DNA of 63,026 bases, filler included, from Pelomyxa schiedti (lineage: Eukaryota; Protista; Evosea), in NCBI GenBank assembly GCA_020536535.1. It is 10 parts of 10 records of this genome, joined end to end, with 100 filler letters (N's around TTAATTAATTAA, not from the genome) between each part and the next. Parts side by side here need not be neighbours in the genome. Positions count along the whole stretch, not along the records: positions 32,361 to 44,689 come from JAHLWZ010001217.1; positions 44,790 to 53,097 come from JAHLWZ010001324.1; 8 more parts are not named here. The stretch is one strand, 5' to 3'. Both the position numbers and the translations under genes were made by a program. Shown one piece after another: positions 33,401 to 45,280 of this stretch (positions are counted from its first letter, which is position 1; each line of letters begins with the position of its first letter). A model generated the notes under the pieces. The model had not been told where the DNA came from and did no database searches. It saw only the letters and a program-made list of their open reading frames with translations.

Positions 33401-35293
33401 TCACACCTCTTCCATAGATACGTGAAAGTTGGAGATGAACCACTCTGCACAGCGTGTCTTGTTTGCAAACATCAACTTGGTAATCATGAAGCTGGAATCT
33501 TTGAGTCTCTCCTGGCCCGTTTCCACCATGTTATACTCGTGTATCAAACGTTTCATAGCTTTACTGGAGTAGCGTTGTGAAAGGTCCATCCGAATGGCAT
33601 GGGTAACATCATCAATGGTGAGGCCCCCGTGTGACACAATCAAACTGGTCAGAGGGCTCCAACCAGTGTGAAGTGCTTCTACTACAACCTCACTCCACAG
33701 CATTCTATCCCCTATGGAAGAGATGGATGGAAAGTGGTAGAAACCAAGCAAGAACTCCAAGACTGAGAAACGGGCCTTGCGTTCAACTATCAACTTTGTA
33801 AGAGTTTTCTCCTCGATAATGTGTGCAGGAACATGCTGGACGAACCACTTTATAGCCCTCGTGTCACAGTGGTTGGCACAAAACCTGCACAGCTTAACCA
33901 GAGTGGAATTTACCCTTTCTGGACTGGATTTGATGTTTTTCTCCAGGACATGGAAGTTTGATTCCAGCCAGTTCGCGATTTTCATGTTTCCAGTAGCAAG
34001 GGCTACAACAAGTGCGGTTTCAGGGCTGGTTGGTGCGAGATCAACAACCTGTGACAGAACCTTGACACAGTGCAAATCATCTTGGATGTTTCCACAAGCT
34101 CCAACAAAAGTACCCGCAGTCAATGACATTCGGTGGTGCTTTACAAGCCACTCAACAGAGTCGACACCCTCAACACTTGTCCACCATACTACTGAAATGT
34201 CAGTATCAATGAGCACCACCCCGTGAGTCTTCACCAACCACTTGAGTGCTTCCACGTTTATAACATACCTGCAAGAGGCATTCTGAATGGCATCCTGGTC
34301 AAAGGAGAAATAAGATTTGATCCACTGGAATGCCTCAAAGCGCTCCTTCAGGGTGATTTCCTCGTTGTTCATGATAGAAGTAAACACCAATGGACTGCAC
34401 GTTTTCTCGTCATTGTTCCATTTCCAGCTCTCAGGGAAAACATCCACCAGCCACTTGATCATCTCCAAATTTCCATGAAAGCTGAATGGAGTAGGATAGT
34501 TTACCCCAAGAATGTTCACAGCCAAAACGACTCCAAACGAGCAACACAGCCACTTGGCCACCTCGAGCTTCCCAGCACGCACAGCAGCCATGAACGGAGC
34601 AGTCAATTCCCAGCTCTCATTCAGCCCAAATTTCTCCACAATCCACTTGGCTGTCTCGATGTGTCCCCCCGCACACACCACTGACAGCAACGTGTCATCA
34701 TATGCCCCCATAGACACCACAATTTCCCGGACCTCGTCCCTGAGCCCATTGGCACCCACAAGTGGCCACTCCAGCCCCGATTCCCTCACCCACCTCGCAT
34801 CCTTCCTCCTCCCATAATCGCAACCGAGGTCGCGAGCCCCGCGTTTATCCGTCCCATCGTCGGCATCGTCTCCGTCGACGAGCTGCTTTGCCAGCGCGAG
34901 GTGGCCGCCCCCGCAGAGCCCCCACAGCACCCCCAGGCAGTCCTTCGCGTTGTTCGTCGAGGGCCTGTGCCTCAGCATCCACGTGATGCACGTGGTGCTC
35001 CCCGCGAGGGCCGCGCACCGCAAGTCCCAGTGTCGCGAGTGCGGCTTCTCGTCGTTGGGGTGCTTCAGCACCGCGGGGGCGGCGGCTACGCCGCGGCACA
35101 CGAGGGCGACGAGGGGGAACAGGGCCGAGGCCACGCCGAACGCCCACACCACGTCGTCGCGATGGAGGCATCGGAAGGACCTGGCGAGGATGGGCTGAAC
35201 GGCGTAGTCCCACGACACCCGTGAGATTGCGAGGACCCATGATGCCTCTCGTTGTTTCGGTGTCGGTGTTGCGACTCGTTCGGCGTTCGCCAT
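33401..35293 (-). CDS. Intronless ankyrin-like repeat protein (~630 aa)
   Basis: Repeats LCGGGHLALAKQL, VCAGGHIETAKWI, AVRAGKLEVAKWL, ALATGNMKIANWL in a 633-aa ORF; likely start MANAERV. Confidence 0.8.
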   Translation of the reverse strand: MANAERVATPTPKQREASWVLAISRVSWDYAVQPILARSFRCLHRDDVVWAFGVASALFPLVALVCRGVAAAPAVLKHPNDEKPHSRHWDLRCAALAGSTTCITWMLRHRPSTNNAKDCLGVLWGLCGGGHLALAKQLVDGDDADDGTDKRGARDLGCDYGRRKDARWVRESGLEWPLVGANGLRDEVREIVVSMGAYDDTLLSVVCAGGHIETAKWIVEKFGLNESWELTAPFMAAVRAGKLEVAKWLCCSFGVVLAVNILGVNYPTPFSFHGNLEMIKWLVDVFPESWKWNNDEKTCSPLVFTSIMNNEEITLKERFEAFQWIKSYFSFDQDAIQNASCRYVINVEALKWLVKTHGVVLIDTDISVVWWTSVEGVDSVEWLVKHHRMSLTAGTFVGACGNIQDDLHCVKVLSQVVDLAPTSPETALVVALATGNMKIANWLESNFHVLEKNIKSSPERVNSTLVKLCRFCANHCDTRAIKWFVQHVPAHIIEEKTLTKLIVERKARFSVLEFLLGFYHFPSISSIGDRMLWSEVVVEALHTGWSPLTSLIVSHGGLTIDDVTHAIRMDLSQRYSSKAMKRLIHEYNMVETGQERLKDSSFMITKLMFANKTRCAEWFISNFHVSMEEV

Positions 35294-35568
35294 CAATTTC
35301 AATTGGAATTTCTATTCTCAGGTCGCTTCTGACATTCACTAGACAGGCGAGAGTTAGGGTAGTTCACTCGAGTGAGGAAGCAACGCAAGGACAGCAGCTT
35401 GTTGGTGAAGTGGCAAGATTATGGACTGGCAGACGGTATTTCGTGAAGTTTCGGTGCGGCACTAGCTGATCGTTCTGGGTCGTGGTCGGTGCGGTTGTTC
35501 ACGTGGACAGTAACAAGCGATCCACAACCCATAAGTACCACTTGGTTGGCAATTGGTTTGGCTCGTAC

Positions 35569-38500
35569 ATGGAGCTCGTTGTTCCCCTTGGACTTTGGGG
35601 CGGCNNNNNNNNNNNNNNNNNNNNNNNNNNNNNNNNNNNNNNNNNNNNNNNNNNNNNNNNNNNNNNNNNNNNNNNNNNNNNNNNNNNNNNNNNNNNNNNN
35701 NNNNGGTCGGTGCGGTTGTTCACGTGGACAGTAACAAGCGATCCACAACCCATAAGTACCACTTGGTTGGCAATTGGTTTGGCTCGTACATGGAGCTCGT
35801 TGTTCCCCTTGGACTTTGGGGCGGCGCGTTCTCGCACCACGTGACCGCCGTAGAGCTCTCGCACACCCATAAGCGAGTTTACACCGGTTCGTCCTCTGGC
35901 GAGCTTGTCATGTGGTCGACCTACCCCATGCCCCTGGCCTCCATCCCATCATCGCCATCGTCGACCACAACAGCTGCTCATAACACCGCCACACCTAATC
36001 CCTATCAGAGGCACCAGCGGTCCCAATCACTGTCCCTGACACACTCGGCCGTCGTGATTCCGAATGTACAGCCTCCCCCCACCACCACAACTCCACCTCC
36101 GCCTCATTCATCATCGAATACTACTACTACTACTACTACCGCATCATCAACTGCAACGAGCGGGACTGTGCCGGCACAGCAGAGTGTTGAAGCCGATGTG
36201 TCGGCTGCTACTACTGCCAGCACCTCAAGTGCCAATACTTCAGCGACTGCCGCGGCTGCAACTTTGAGCGGGCCGGCTATTACTGCCGCTATCGGTGGTG
36301 TTTCTAGTGGGCCCGGCATTACGGTAACTCACACGGCGACTGCCGGGAGCCTTTTAACGCAGTCGGCGGTAATTGTGCCTCCTTCTACTGCTACTGGGAC
36401 TGGGGCTTCCCACAGCGGGTTGGCACAGTCGATGATGATGGCGTCTCCAAAGAGCTCCGTGCTAACCAATTCCCTCACCGCGTCGCAGACTATACAGTTG
36501 CCTAGCCCGCCATCTGTGTGTAATTTCATAAATATGTGGCTACCTTCTCTTAAACCATATAAGGGAGTCAAGTCCCCAACGACAGCAACAACAGCAGCAA
36601 CTTCTACACCTATTTACGCCTTTCCGCGCATGTCAGCTCCAATGGTGTTGATGGTAGCTAGATGTGCTCCAGTTGTTGCGTTGTGCATTGCTGTGTCCAG
36701 GTCTGAAGAGGTTCTTTGTAGTTGTATGTGTACCCCTTATTGCTTGACATTCTAATGCACCTTCAGTATCTGTGGGGCCATCCCTGAAACTGTGGAGTGC
36801 GGAAGATGGTCACTGTGTCGGTGACTGCCCCGCAATTTCAAACTGGATGACTACTCCTACTGCCATGGTTACAATGGTTTCGAGAAGACACATAGGTACG
36901 AACTCTCACGGAAACTTTATTTTTTTCCAATTTAAAATTATTAAATTATAATAATTACAGCATGCTCTGGTGACTCACGTGAGATCATAATCCTTGACTT
37001 ATACTCCCGAAAGGTTGTATTCATAATTGAGCCACTTCTTTGACATAAAAGAAAAGGTGACTTCTGTAATACATGGCCACCAAGCTTGGGTGAATTGTCT
37101 GTATAGTTTGCCAGGTCTCTCCGCTACAAGTGATAAATTGTCACCAAGGCGTAAGTTTCGAATATAATCTTAAATGCAATAATAACAACACCCCAACAGA
37201 AAGGCCTGTCCTTGTATCATCGAGCAAAGATGGTGCCATAATGTTGTGGAGGCACACTCAACAAGCCCAGCAAAGTGACCTTCTATTGGGAACAATTCTA
37301 CTGAGTCCAACAACCATTATACGCAGTCTTCGCCTCTCACCTAATCAATGTCTTTTACTTGTAGTAACACCCTTCATGTTGATGGTGTGTCTTTGGGTTA
37401 CAGTATATATATCTCACAATAGCCCTCACCAGTTATTTTATGCCGAGAACGAAGGACAACTTCTTTCCACCCAAAGTTGTAGTGGAGGCGTGTGGGATGG
37501 TGGTGCCTTCGTTGATAATGAAACTGTTGTTGCCTGGAAATCGGTACCTTTCGTTCTTCATCTTTAGTTGTTAACATCACTCCAAAGGATGGGTCCTCAC
37601 TGGTTTATTCCATACAGCCATGTGTGATGGAGCCCTCAAAGTAAAGAATATCTACCCTCCGCGCAACATTTAATTTACTTACAGGAACCCACACCCCACA
37701 GCTCTGTTTACCTCGTCAGCTCCACCCATCCCCACACCCCAACCACATTGGGTTTCCGCAAACCTTCAAGTCTCAACCACCACAGTAACCCTATGGAAAG
37801 GGTGCTTCAAAAATGGAATGTACGCCACTTGCGGAGGAGGAACGTTTCCGAATATGTGCCTATGGGCTTTACCGCCACACTCCCACCTAACAGCCATACT
37901 GGCTACTCCCACCAACCCTCTCTCACCAGTACCTCCACGTGCCGCTACTACTCCTTCTCTGGGTGTAAATCCACATAAATACTCAGTTGACTCAGGTTTC
38001 CTTCTGGCTTTTGCTCCTGTTTCTATCTAAACTTTTTTTTCCCTCCCCAGTTGTCAACTTTGTTGAGGGATGGAAAGGAACTGAGCCAAGTAGGTCCAAT
38101 ATCACAAGTTCGTGCCTATTGGAGGATGTATTGGTGTTAATCTGCGGATTAAGTATCGCGTCCAAGTTTTGAATTTGAACTCATAGAGTTGCACCAGAGT
38201 CTGGCGAAATTACCACATTTGTACTTCCAAATGATTTATATTCACGCACCATCAAAGCTCATTCCCAAAGGTTTTTCTGCAACATCCGATTTTTAAATCT
38301 GACTCCTCTATCAGAGTCACATGCCTGCTCGCTCCTCCCCCTAAGGCAAATTCCCGGCTGCTAGTTTCTGCAGGTGACGACTTTTGTATTAAGGTCAACC
38401 ATAATTTTTTTGGGTGCATGTACTTATCCTTGCCCTAGATATGGGAGCTCTTGTATGTGTTTCATGAACGAGAGATTTTGTTTCTCAACGTTTTATCAGT

Positions 38501-41500
38501 TCCTTTGAAATCAAATATGTTCTTTGCACTCATAGTGGGCCCATAACGCGCTTGCTGCTGGTTCAGCCAATCAAAATGCCAACCGATCAAGGAAACCGAT
38601 ATGCGGATATGAAAAATAGCTTTATGAGTGTAGGGCAAGATCACAGTGTTGGAATTTATTCCCTGGAAACGTTCCAGTGGCATGTTTCGACTTCACTTTT
38701 TTCTTTTTGTTTACATATCTCAGCCAACACTGGTTCTATGGCCATCCTGCACCCATTGTCGGGATTTATTGGAATGTATATCAGGACTATCTGCTGATAG
38801 CTTGTTCTGATGGGACTCTCTCCATTTGGGAGGTTGTAGTAATTTCTCACTTTAAGGTACTAACCAGCCTTCAGATGACATCAGGCCGCCTTGTGAGTAG
38901 ATTGTCAGGACCAAAAGCCGACGAAGCCCTTCGGAACTACTCAATCACATTGCTGAAGTACAAATTATAGTAATTCCTTTAGTCTAAAACGCACTATAGA
39001 GGCTTCCGGGGGAATGAGTCACAAACACCTGCAGAAGATCTTGGTATCACGACATGTACACTCAACTTAGGTTTACCTCCAGATTCTGCCCCTTTGCAGG
39101 TGCCACCTTTCACATTTTTAACGCATCTCAAAGTAATACTACACATAGGTAATTAAGTTGGACATCAAAAAGATATGCAAACAGTTGAATGATGCGCCAC
39201 AGACTAATCCTGCCTTGATCCAAAGGTGAGAACTCCCTGGTAGTGCACACTAGTTAACATCACCCAGGTACTACCGTTGGGCCCAGCCACGGAATTCACC
39301 TTATGTGAACGACATTCCTGGTCCTACCCCACCAAAAAACCTGACACTGGCCCACCAACCAGGTTCCACAACCACTCCAGCAACCACAGCCGTAACATCC
39401 ACCACAAATCCGGCTACTTCTGCATCCAATGTAACAGCAAGTTCCTCATCCACAGTGCCTGGTGCATCACTGACAGCTTCTACTCCCACGTCAACAACCA
39501 CCACAAAGCTTGCTGACGCACAAGATCGAAAAACAGGTTAGTTGGGGAAGTGTACCTTTTTCCCGCCTTAATTCTTCTTTCTATCACTAGGACTTGCTTT
39601 CCGCTTTCCGCCATTTTCTATAATATCCTACCTGATCACCTGGGGAGTCAATGATGAAATAGATACAATGTGCCGCAGAGAACTCAGCCTGAGGCCTCCT
39701 GTTCCCAGTGCATCAGTGGGTCTTGTTGGCCCAGAAGGCCGCACCTTGTCGTTCATGTTTCCCGCAATGAGCAGCACTGCCAGTGTGCAATCACTTTGAT
39801 GAATACAAAGTAAATGAAAATAGGGTTTGGACATTGGCAGATATCAGCACACATGAGCGGATCACTGCAGCTGGCTGCTGCCACCATAGCCAAGACTCTG
39901 CTGCATAAATCTACACAGGAGAGCTCCTTGCTATGCAGTCAAAGTGCCAATATCGCCATCGGGGCTTGGGTCCACTCACCATGTCCCAGGTAACACAAAT
40001 GCTTACAGCCAACTCCTGTCGTATTTCTGTGCAATGCTCCCTGAAAGAATATCACACTTCGAGGAGCCCTCACTGTCACTTATGACTTCATTTTGGACAG
40101 ATCCGTCCTCTGACGTGATGCACTCAGCCAGGTTGAAATTACAACCACCAAGTACCAACTAATCTTTTCCACAGATCTCTATTTGGCCTGACAGTAGATA
40201 GATTGAAACCAGCACAACTATCTCTTCTCGCTAAAGCATGGGGCAAAAAAAGTAAGGAAAAACCCAAATAATCTTCTTCAGAAAGAAGTTTTTACCTATG
40301 ATGCAGTTCAACCGGACGACAGTGAGTCATCACACTCTCTTGAAGTGTTAATGCTAGCAATTCTGGCTGCGAAACACCCAACCGCTTTAGATAAGCCGTG
40401 AGTGGTTTTGATTAAACTATTACAACTGAATATGTTGTCCAGACTAGCCAATTTAGTTATAAGCCAACTGCTCCAATTAATTGCGCCGGACAATGTTACT
40501 CCCATCTCATCAGCAGCGGTTGATTTAATCGCACAAGGAATCAACTTATGGCTAACAAGTTAGGTTTTCCGTGCTTAAAAAAGTTACTCACAACCTCTAA
40601 GGTATGGATGACCCGGCTCCGCTCATCAGGGCACTATTTCTTCTCGTGCAGTTGGGTGACAAGCATTCCATTTCGAAGCCAGCCTCCAATACACTCCTAC
40701 TTGTTGCCAATGCTGTATGTTCTACCCACAGCTATCTTCTCTCAACGCAATATAGAAAGCTAAGAGATTCTTGGAATTAATGGACAGTGAACTTCAAGCT
40801 CATCACAATACTTTAGCTGTACTATCTACGATCAATCAGTTGATCTTAAAAGTGTTATATTTTGTAGCCATCATATAGAATTAACCAAACCGCAGTACAG
40901 CAAAGACCTTGTGAATAGACTTCCTCAGCTAATTGAGACCCTTCTGCACGCCATTGACCCCCGCACTCCAATCATTAGGGAGCACTCCTACAAGGTATAT
41001 TCTCCAGCGATTTTTTCAGTTAAATTAATTCTATTCTCTAGGCTGTTGTAGATATATTCATTCAGCTATCACACACTTTCCCACAAGTGTCATTCTCTAC
41101 GGACTCAGCCTCACGTGTAGCCGTCGGTTCTAGGCTCCAAAACACGTGGGGTGTAAATATCTATGATTTAAAGTCCGCATCGCTTCACAGTTGCTGCTAC
41201 GTACGTCACCTTTTTTTTTCCCCCAAATTAATTTCTCTCAGGGACACACAGAACCCGTAACATGTTTGGCATTCTCTCCATCCGGTAAATACTTGGCGTC
41301 TTATTCCGCCGCAGACGGATCGGTAATTGACACATAGACACATATATTTATTATTATATCTACACATTACTTTTAAACACCAATTTCCTAATCACACAAC
41401 AGGTAAGAGTTTTCAATCTGCAGACCGCACATACATTTTTGAAGGCACTGCAAATCAACGCGGAGCAAATCTTCAGTGTCGATAAAATCGAAGGTACGAG

Positions 41501-41695
41501 TCCTGTTCGCAACCAAACAAAGCCGATTAGCACTAACCCAAACCCAACCACCTCACAACAGATCTGGACAAGAAGGTTCTAGTTGAGAGGGTTAAGGTTG
41601 TGTGGCAACTGCGCAAGAGCCACGACACCCTCCTAGTAATAGAGGGTCCACCCCCATGTCCTCAGGCCACTTTCAACCTGAAGAAGATCTCTTGA
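35569..41695 (+). CDS. WDR7: WD-repeat protein WDR7 / rabconnectin-3 beta-like, multi-exon
   Basis: N-terminus MELVVPLGLWGGAFSHHVTAVELS...VYTGSSSGELVMWS parallels the WDR7 N-terminus (LPIVLWG...IVTGCHDGQICLW). Internal LLVQPIKMP and FMSVGQDHSVGIYSLE; C-terminal FPQVSF...IYDLKSA and GHTEPVTCLAFSPSGKYLASYS. Confidence 0.82.
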
Positions 41696-42029
41696 CCAAT
41701 GTCAAGAAAAGAAAATAATATCACGGTACAAACAGACTCTTCTTGGTGGTGTGACCAATACCCACACGCGAATACACCATGTGGCAAAACGCGTAGAGAC
41801 TGGATAGGTTTAGAATAGAATTTGCTAAACTTAGGGGATAGAATGGAAAATCGACGAAAAACGGTCTAAGCTAAAAATCGAGGCAGTGTGGGTGTGACAC
41901 CTCCACAAGGATGTGCAGCAGGAGGGTTTGGAAAGATGACTTGTGTTTACAACAACGAGGTGGTTGGCGTGGTTGCCAGGTTTTTGATGTGGCATGTGAT
42001 TTTTTTTGTGGTATGCCACTCGGAGTACT

Positions 42030-42562
42030 TTTGGCAATTTCTTCCTGGTCAGTTTGTCTTCAACCACTTTCTTCCTTGCTGCATCTTCTTCAACCTCTTT
42101 CCTGTGAAGCTCCTCTTCCTTAGATTTCGTTCTGTCAAGCTCTTCCTCTTCAGCTTTCCTTCTGGCCACTTCTTTCTTCCTGGTAAGTTCATCTACTTTC
42201 TTCCTTGCTAAGAAGTTGAAGCAAGGAAGAAATTGGTCAAAGACAAACTCACCAGGAAGAAAGAAGCTGAGGCAGAAGTGGCCAGAAGGAAAGCCAAGGA
42301 GGAAGAGCTTGACAAAACGAAAGCTAAGGCAGAGGAGGCTCACAGGAAAGAGGCTGAAGAAGATGCAGCAAGGAAGAAAGTGGTTTCAGATGAACTCACC
42401 AGGAAGAAACAAGATGATGTGGTAGCCACCATTATGAAGAAAGATGAGGTACCCAAACACAAATGCAAGGAGATTGTTGTGGAAATGACAGAAGAACACA
42501 CAGAATCAACATCTACAAAAGATGTAGTCGCTGCCAACAGATGCTCTGTCACAAGGGAATGA
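42030..42562. repeat. Head-to-head inverted pair of K/E/R-rich coding repeats
   Basis: The - strand 42030-42209 and + strand 42220-42410 both encode ARKK.V.D.LTRKK..EVARRKA.EEELD.TK.K.EE.HRKE.EEDAARKKVV; 10-bp spacer at 42210-42219. Confidence 0.8.
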
Positions 42563-43045
42563 GGGTTCTTCTGTGGTATTTGTAAGAGGTTTGTTTTTTA
42601 TTCTCACTCTTTACTTCAGGATCACTCAGTGCCTTTCCCTCCTGATATTACAAAGGGCCTTGGAAGTGCACCACTTTCAATGGGATGAACCTTTGGTACA
42701 TAACAACATCCTTGTCGGCTCCACAGACAAAAGATCAACACCTCCTGTTTCTTTATCAGAGTTGCAAGCACATATTGTTTCACATCTCCAAGAACATGGT
42801 CTCTTTCCTTCTCTTTTTCCCCATTTACCTTGAAAGAGAGCATAAACCACAGTCCCACACACAACTGGCATGGGTTGTTGTTTCACTCCGCCACTCTCGG
42901 CGTTGTGAACAACAACCGACGGGCAGATCGCACAACACATCTGGANNNNNNNNNNNNNNNNNNNNNNNNNNNNNNNNNNNNNNNNNNNNNNNNNNNNNNN
43001 NNNNNNNNNNNNNNNNNNNNNNNNNNNNNNNNNNNNNNNNNNNNN

Positions 43046-44689
43046 CGGTCAGCTCGGATTCGTACTATTTCCTTCATAGAGATTTCTTTTTTTGTTGATA
43101 GAATAATATGCAGGCAAGAACCGCGGCGAGTTGTGAGGGACTTGATAACCATTGCAGTAACGTTTTTTCCATTGCTGTACCGCGTTCGTGGAATTGTTCT
43201 GAGACAAGCGGATGCATACCTTGCCATTGGTGTTGCTGCGGAGCTCCCTTATGCACTTCCATTTGTGAAAGCTGTGGAGAAGGTGCGTAAACTAAATACT
43301 CGTCTCATTCCTTGGAGCCTCACTCTGTGTTTTGAAAAAGAAATGTGGGGCTTCTGGTATTAATTTCATTGGGCATATCAGAAAAGCAACAGAATCAGGA
43401 AATATGCCTTTTGTGAGATATGTTCTTGTTGAAAACGGGCCAGTTGACAGTACGCATTTATCTCTTCATTTGCCATCTCACTCATTCATTACCAGTGACC
43501 TCATTTTCTCTACATGATTCTTGCAAAGCTAGTTGCAGAACCGGGCACCTTGATATCGTTCAACTTCTTTATGAGAAGTTCCCTTCTCATTTTGCTAACG
43601 ACAACAACTGTGTTGATATGTTCATTGAGGCGTGCATAAAAGGGCAAACGGAAGTTGCATCGTGGCTCAGAGATACTCTCGGTATTTCTCAGACATCATT
43701 CGCTCCTAGATTCTCTGGCACCACAATACTCGAAAGGGTATGTCTAGCTGGCCACATTCAGACTGCAAAGTGGCTTTTTGACGAGCTTGGGCTAACCCTC
43801 CGTGAGATTGACATTTCTCCAGTCAAGAAATGGGCCCTCAGCTCCGGTTACATAGAAGTGGTCAAATGGCTGATTGAAACCTTCCCTTCTTTGGAGGATG
43901 ATTGGCTTCCACAATATTTGGATCGCTGTTGCCATACTGCCGACATTGCTTCCTTTGAGTGGATTCTGCAAAAAATGCCTGCGATATGTGATGCAGACAT
44001 GGACATTTCAGAGATTTTTCAGACCCTCACAGAAAGGAACTCTTTCGAGATGGCACAACACGTTCTGAAGAGGCTCAAGAATGGGAGGTTCCTGCAGCCT
44101 GCGGCATCGTCAAAGTGTTTTGGTCTGATTTGCCGTCAGGGAAACATCGAGTTTGCCGAGTGGTTCAACTCCCAGTTCTCACAACATGACAGGCAGCAGA
44201 AACACCACTTGGAATTCGTTCACGAGGGTCTTGCGAGTGGAAACCTGGCGGTCTGTCAGTGGATCATCAAGACGTTCAACATCCCAGAGCCATTTGAAGT
44301 CACGAACCGGGAAATTGTGTCAGCATGCTCCAAGCACCACGTCGAAATTGTTCACTGGATTTCCACCTTTCCCTCATTCCAGGAACTGCTTCCAGGTGAA
44401 AAGTGCCGTGCCTTTGCAGCGGTGGCGGGATTTGGAGTTCACCAAATGGATGGCCTGGCAATGCGGCCACTCTGTGTTCCAGGATGAACTCAACAAGTTG
44501 CTCACATCCAGTTGCTTGGCTGGAAACCTGTCCTTTCTTCAGTGGCTGTGTGATGACTTCACCTTTGATGAAGCAACCATACAACTGTGTGCAATCACTG
44601 CATTCTCTGAAGGGAAGCTGGAGGTTGTTGACTGGATTCTCCACGATTACATTCCAAACAAAGCACACCCTCCATTCTCACTGCATCCA
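43046..44689 (+). CDS. Ankyrin-like repeat protein, both ends in gaps; frameshift near 44420
   Basis: SCRTGHLDIVQLL, ACIKGQTEVASWL, VCLAGHIQTAKWL, ICRQGNIEFAEWF, LASGNLAVCQWI. The repeats continue in another frame (SCLAGNLSFLQWL, AFSEGKLEVVDWI). Confidence 0.75.
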
Positions 44690-44789
44690 NNNNNNNNNNN
44701 NNNNNNNNNNNNNNNNNNNNNNNNNNNNNNNNNTTAATTAATTAANNNNNNNNNNNNNNNNNNNNNNNNNNNNNNNNNNNNNNNNNNNN

Positions 44790-44898
44790 TGTACTTTGGG
44801 ACGATTCGCCCGTTTAACTTTGCTTCACTGCTGTCACCACAAATCGAAATTCCTGTACTTTGGGACGATTCGCCCGTTTAACTTTGCTTCACTGCTGT
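44790..44898. repeat. 64-bp period tandem repeat at contig start
   Basis: An identical 45-mer occurs at 44790-44834 and 44854-44898. Confidence 0.9.
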
Positions 44899-45230
44899 TA
44901 GTGAGATGCAGTGCAGCTTGTAGATATGCTATGGACAGTTAAAACAAAAAAAAAAGCTGTGGTACCTTTTTTGGTGGTTGTATGACCAATGAGCAACTGG
45001 CCTGAGAACACCTTCAGTCGATTTGTGAAGAGGTTCATAATTAGTACAGGTATTTGGTTCCGTGTTCTGTTCAACACAATTTTGACACCATCCAGACCAG
45101 ATCCAGATGTTTTTTGGGTAGAGTTGGTTTGACCCCCAAAAATGCACTTACCACAAAACTTTGGGTATGTTGTTGTATTATCAACAAAAACCTGCCTGGG
45201 TTTTGTTGTGCTGTTGTGCCAAATCAAGGC

Positions 45231-45280
45231 CAAGAGTCATTGAGACATTATTTGAATGCCAAAGAGGTGGTCTTACATCA
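45231..45280. repeat. Dispersed repeat shared with 53966-54015
   Basis: caagagtcattgagaca......gaatgccaaaga.gtggtcttacatca; 45/50 identical between the two contigs. Confidence 0.75.

Noticed and set aside
35484-35825. 121-bp direct repeat flanking the N gap (apparent duplicated WDR7 start)
   Set aside because: Identical and exactly 121 bp, the same length as the 53198/53773 duplication; consistent with unmerged de Bruijn k-mer overlap.
44790-44898. CRISPR-like repeat-spacer-repeat
   Set aside because: Only two copies at a contig edge, eukaryotic context and no cas genes; a plain 64-bp tandem repeat.
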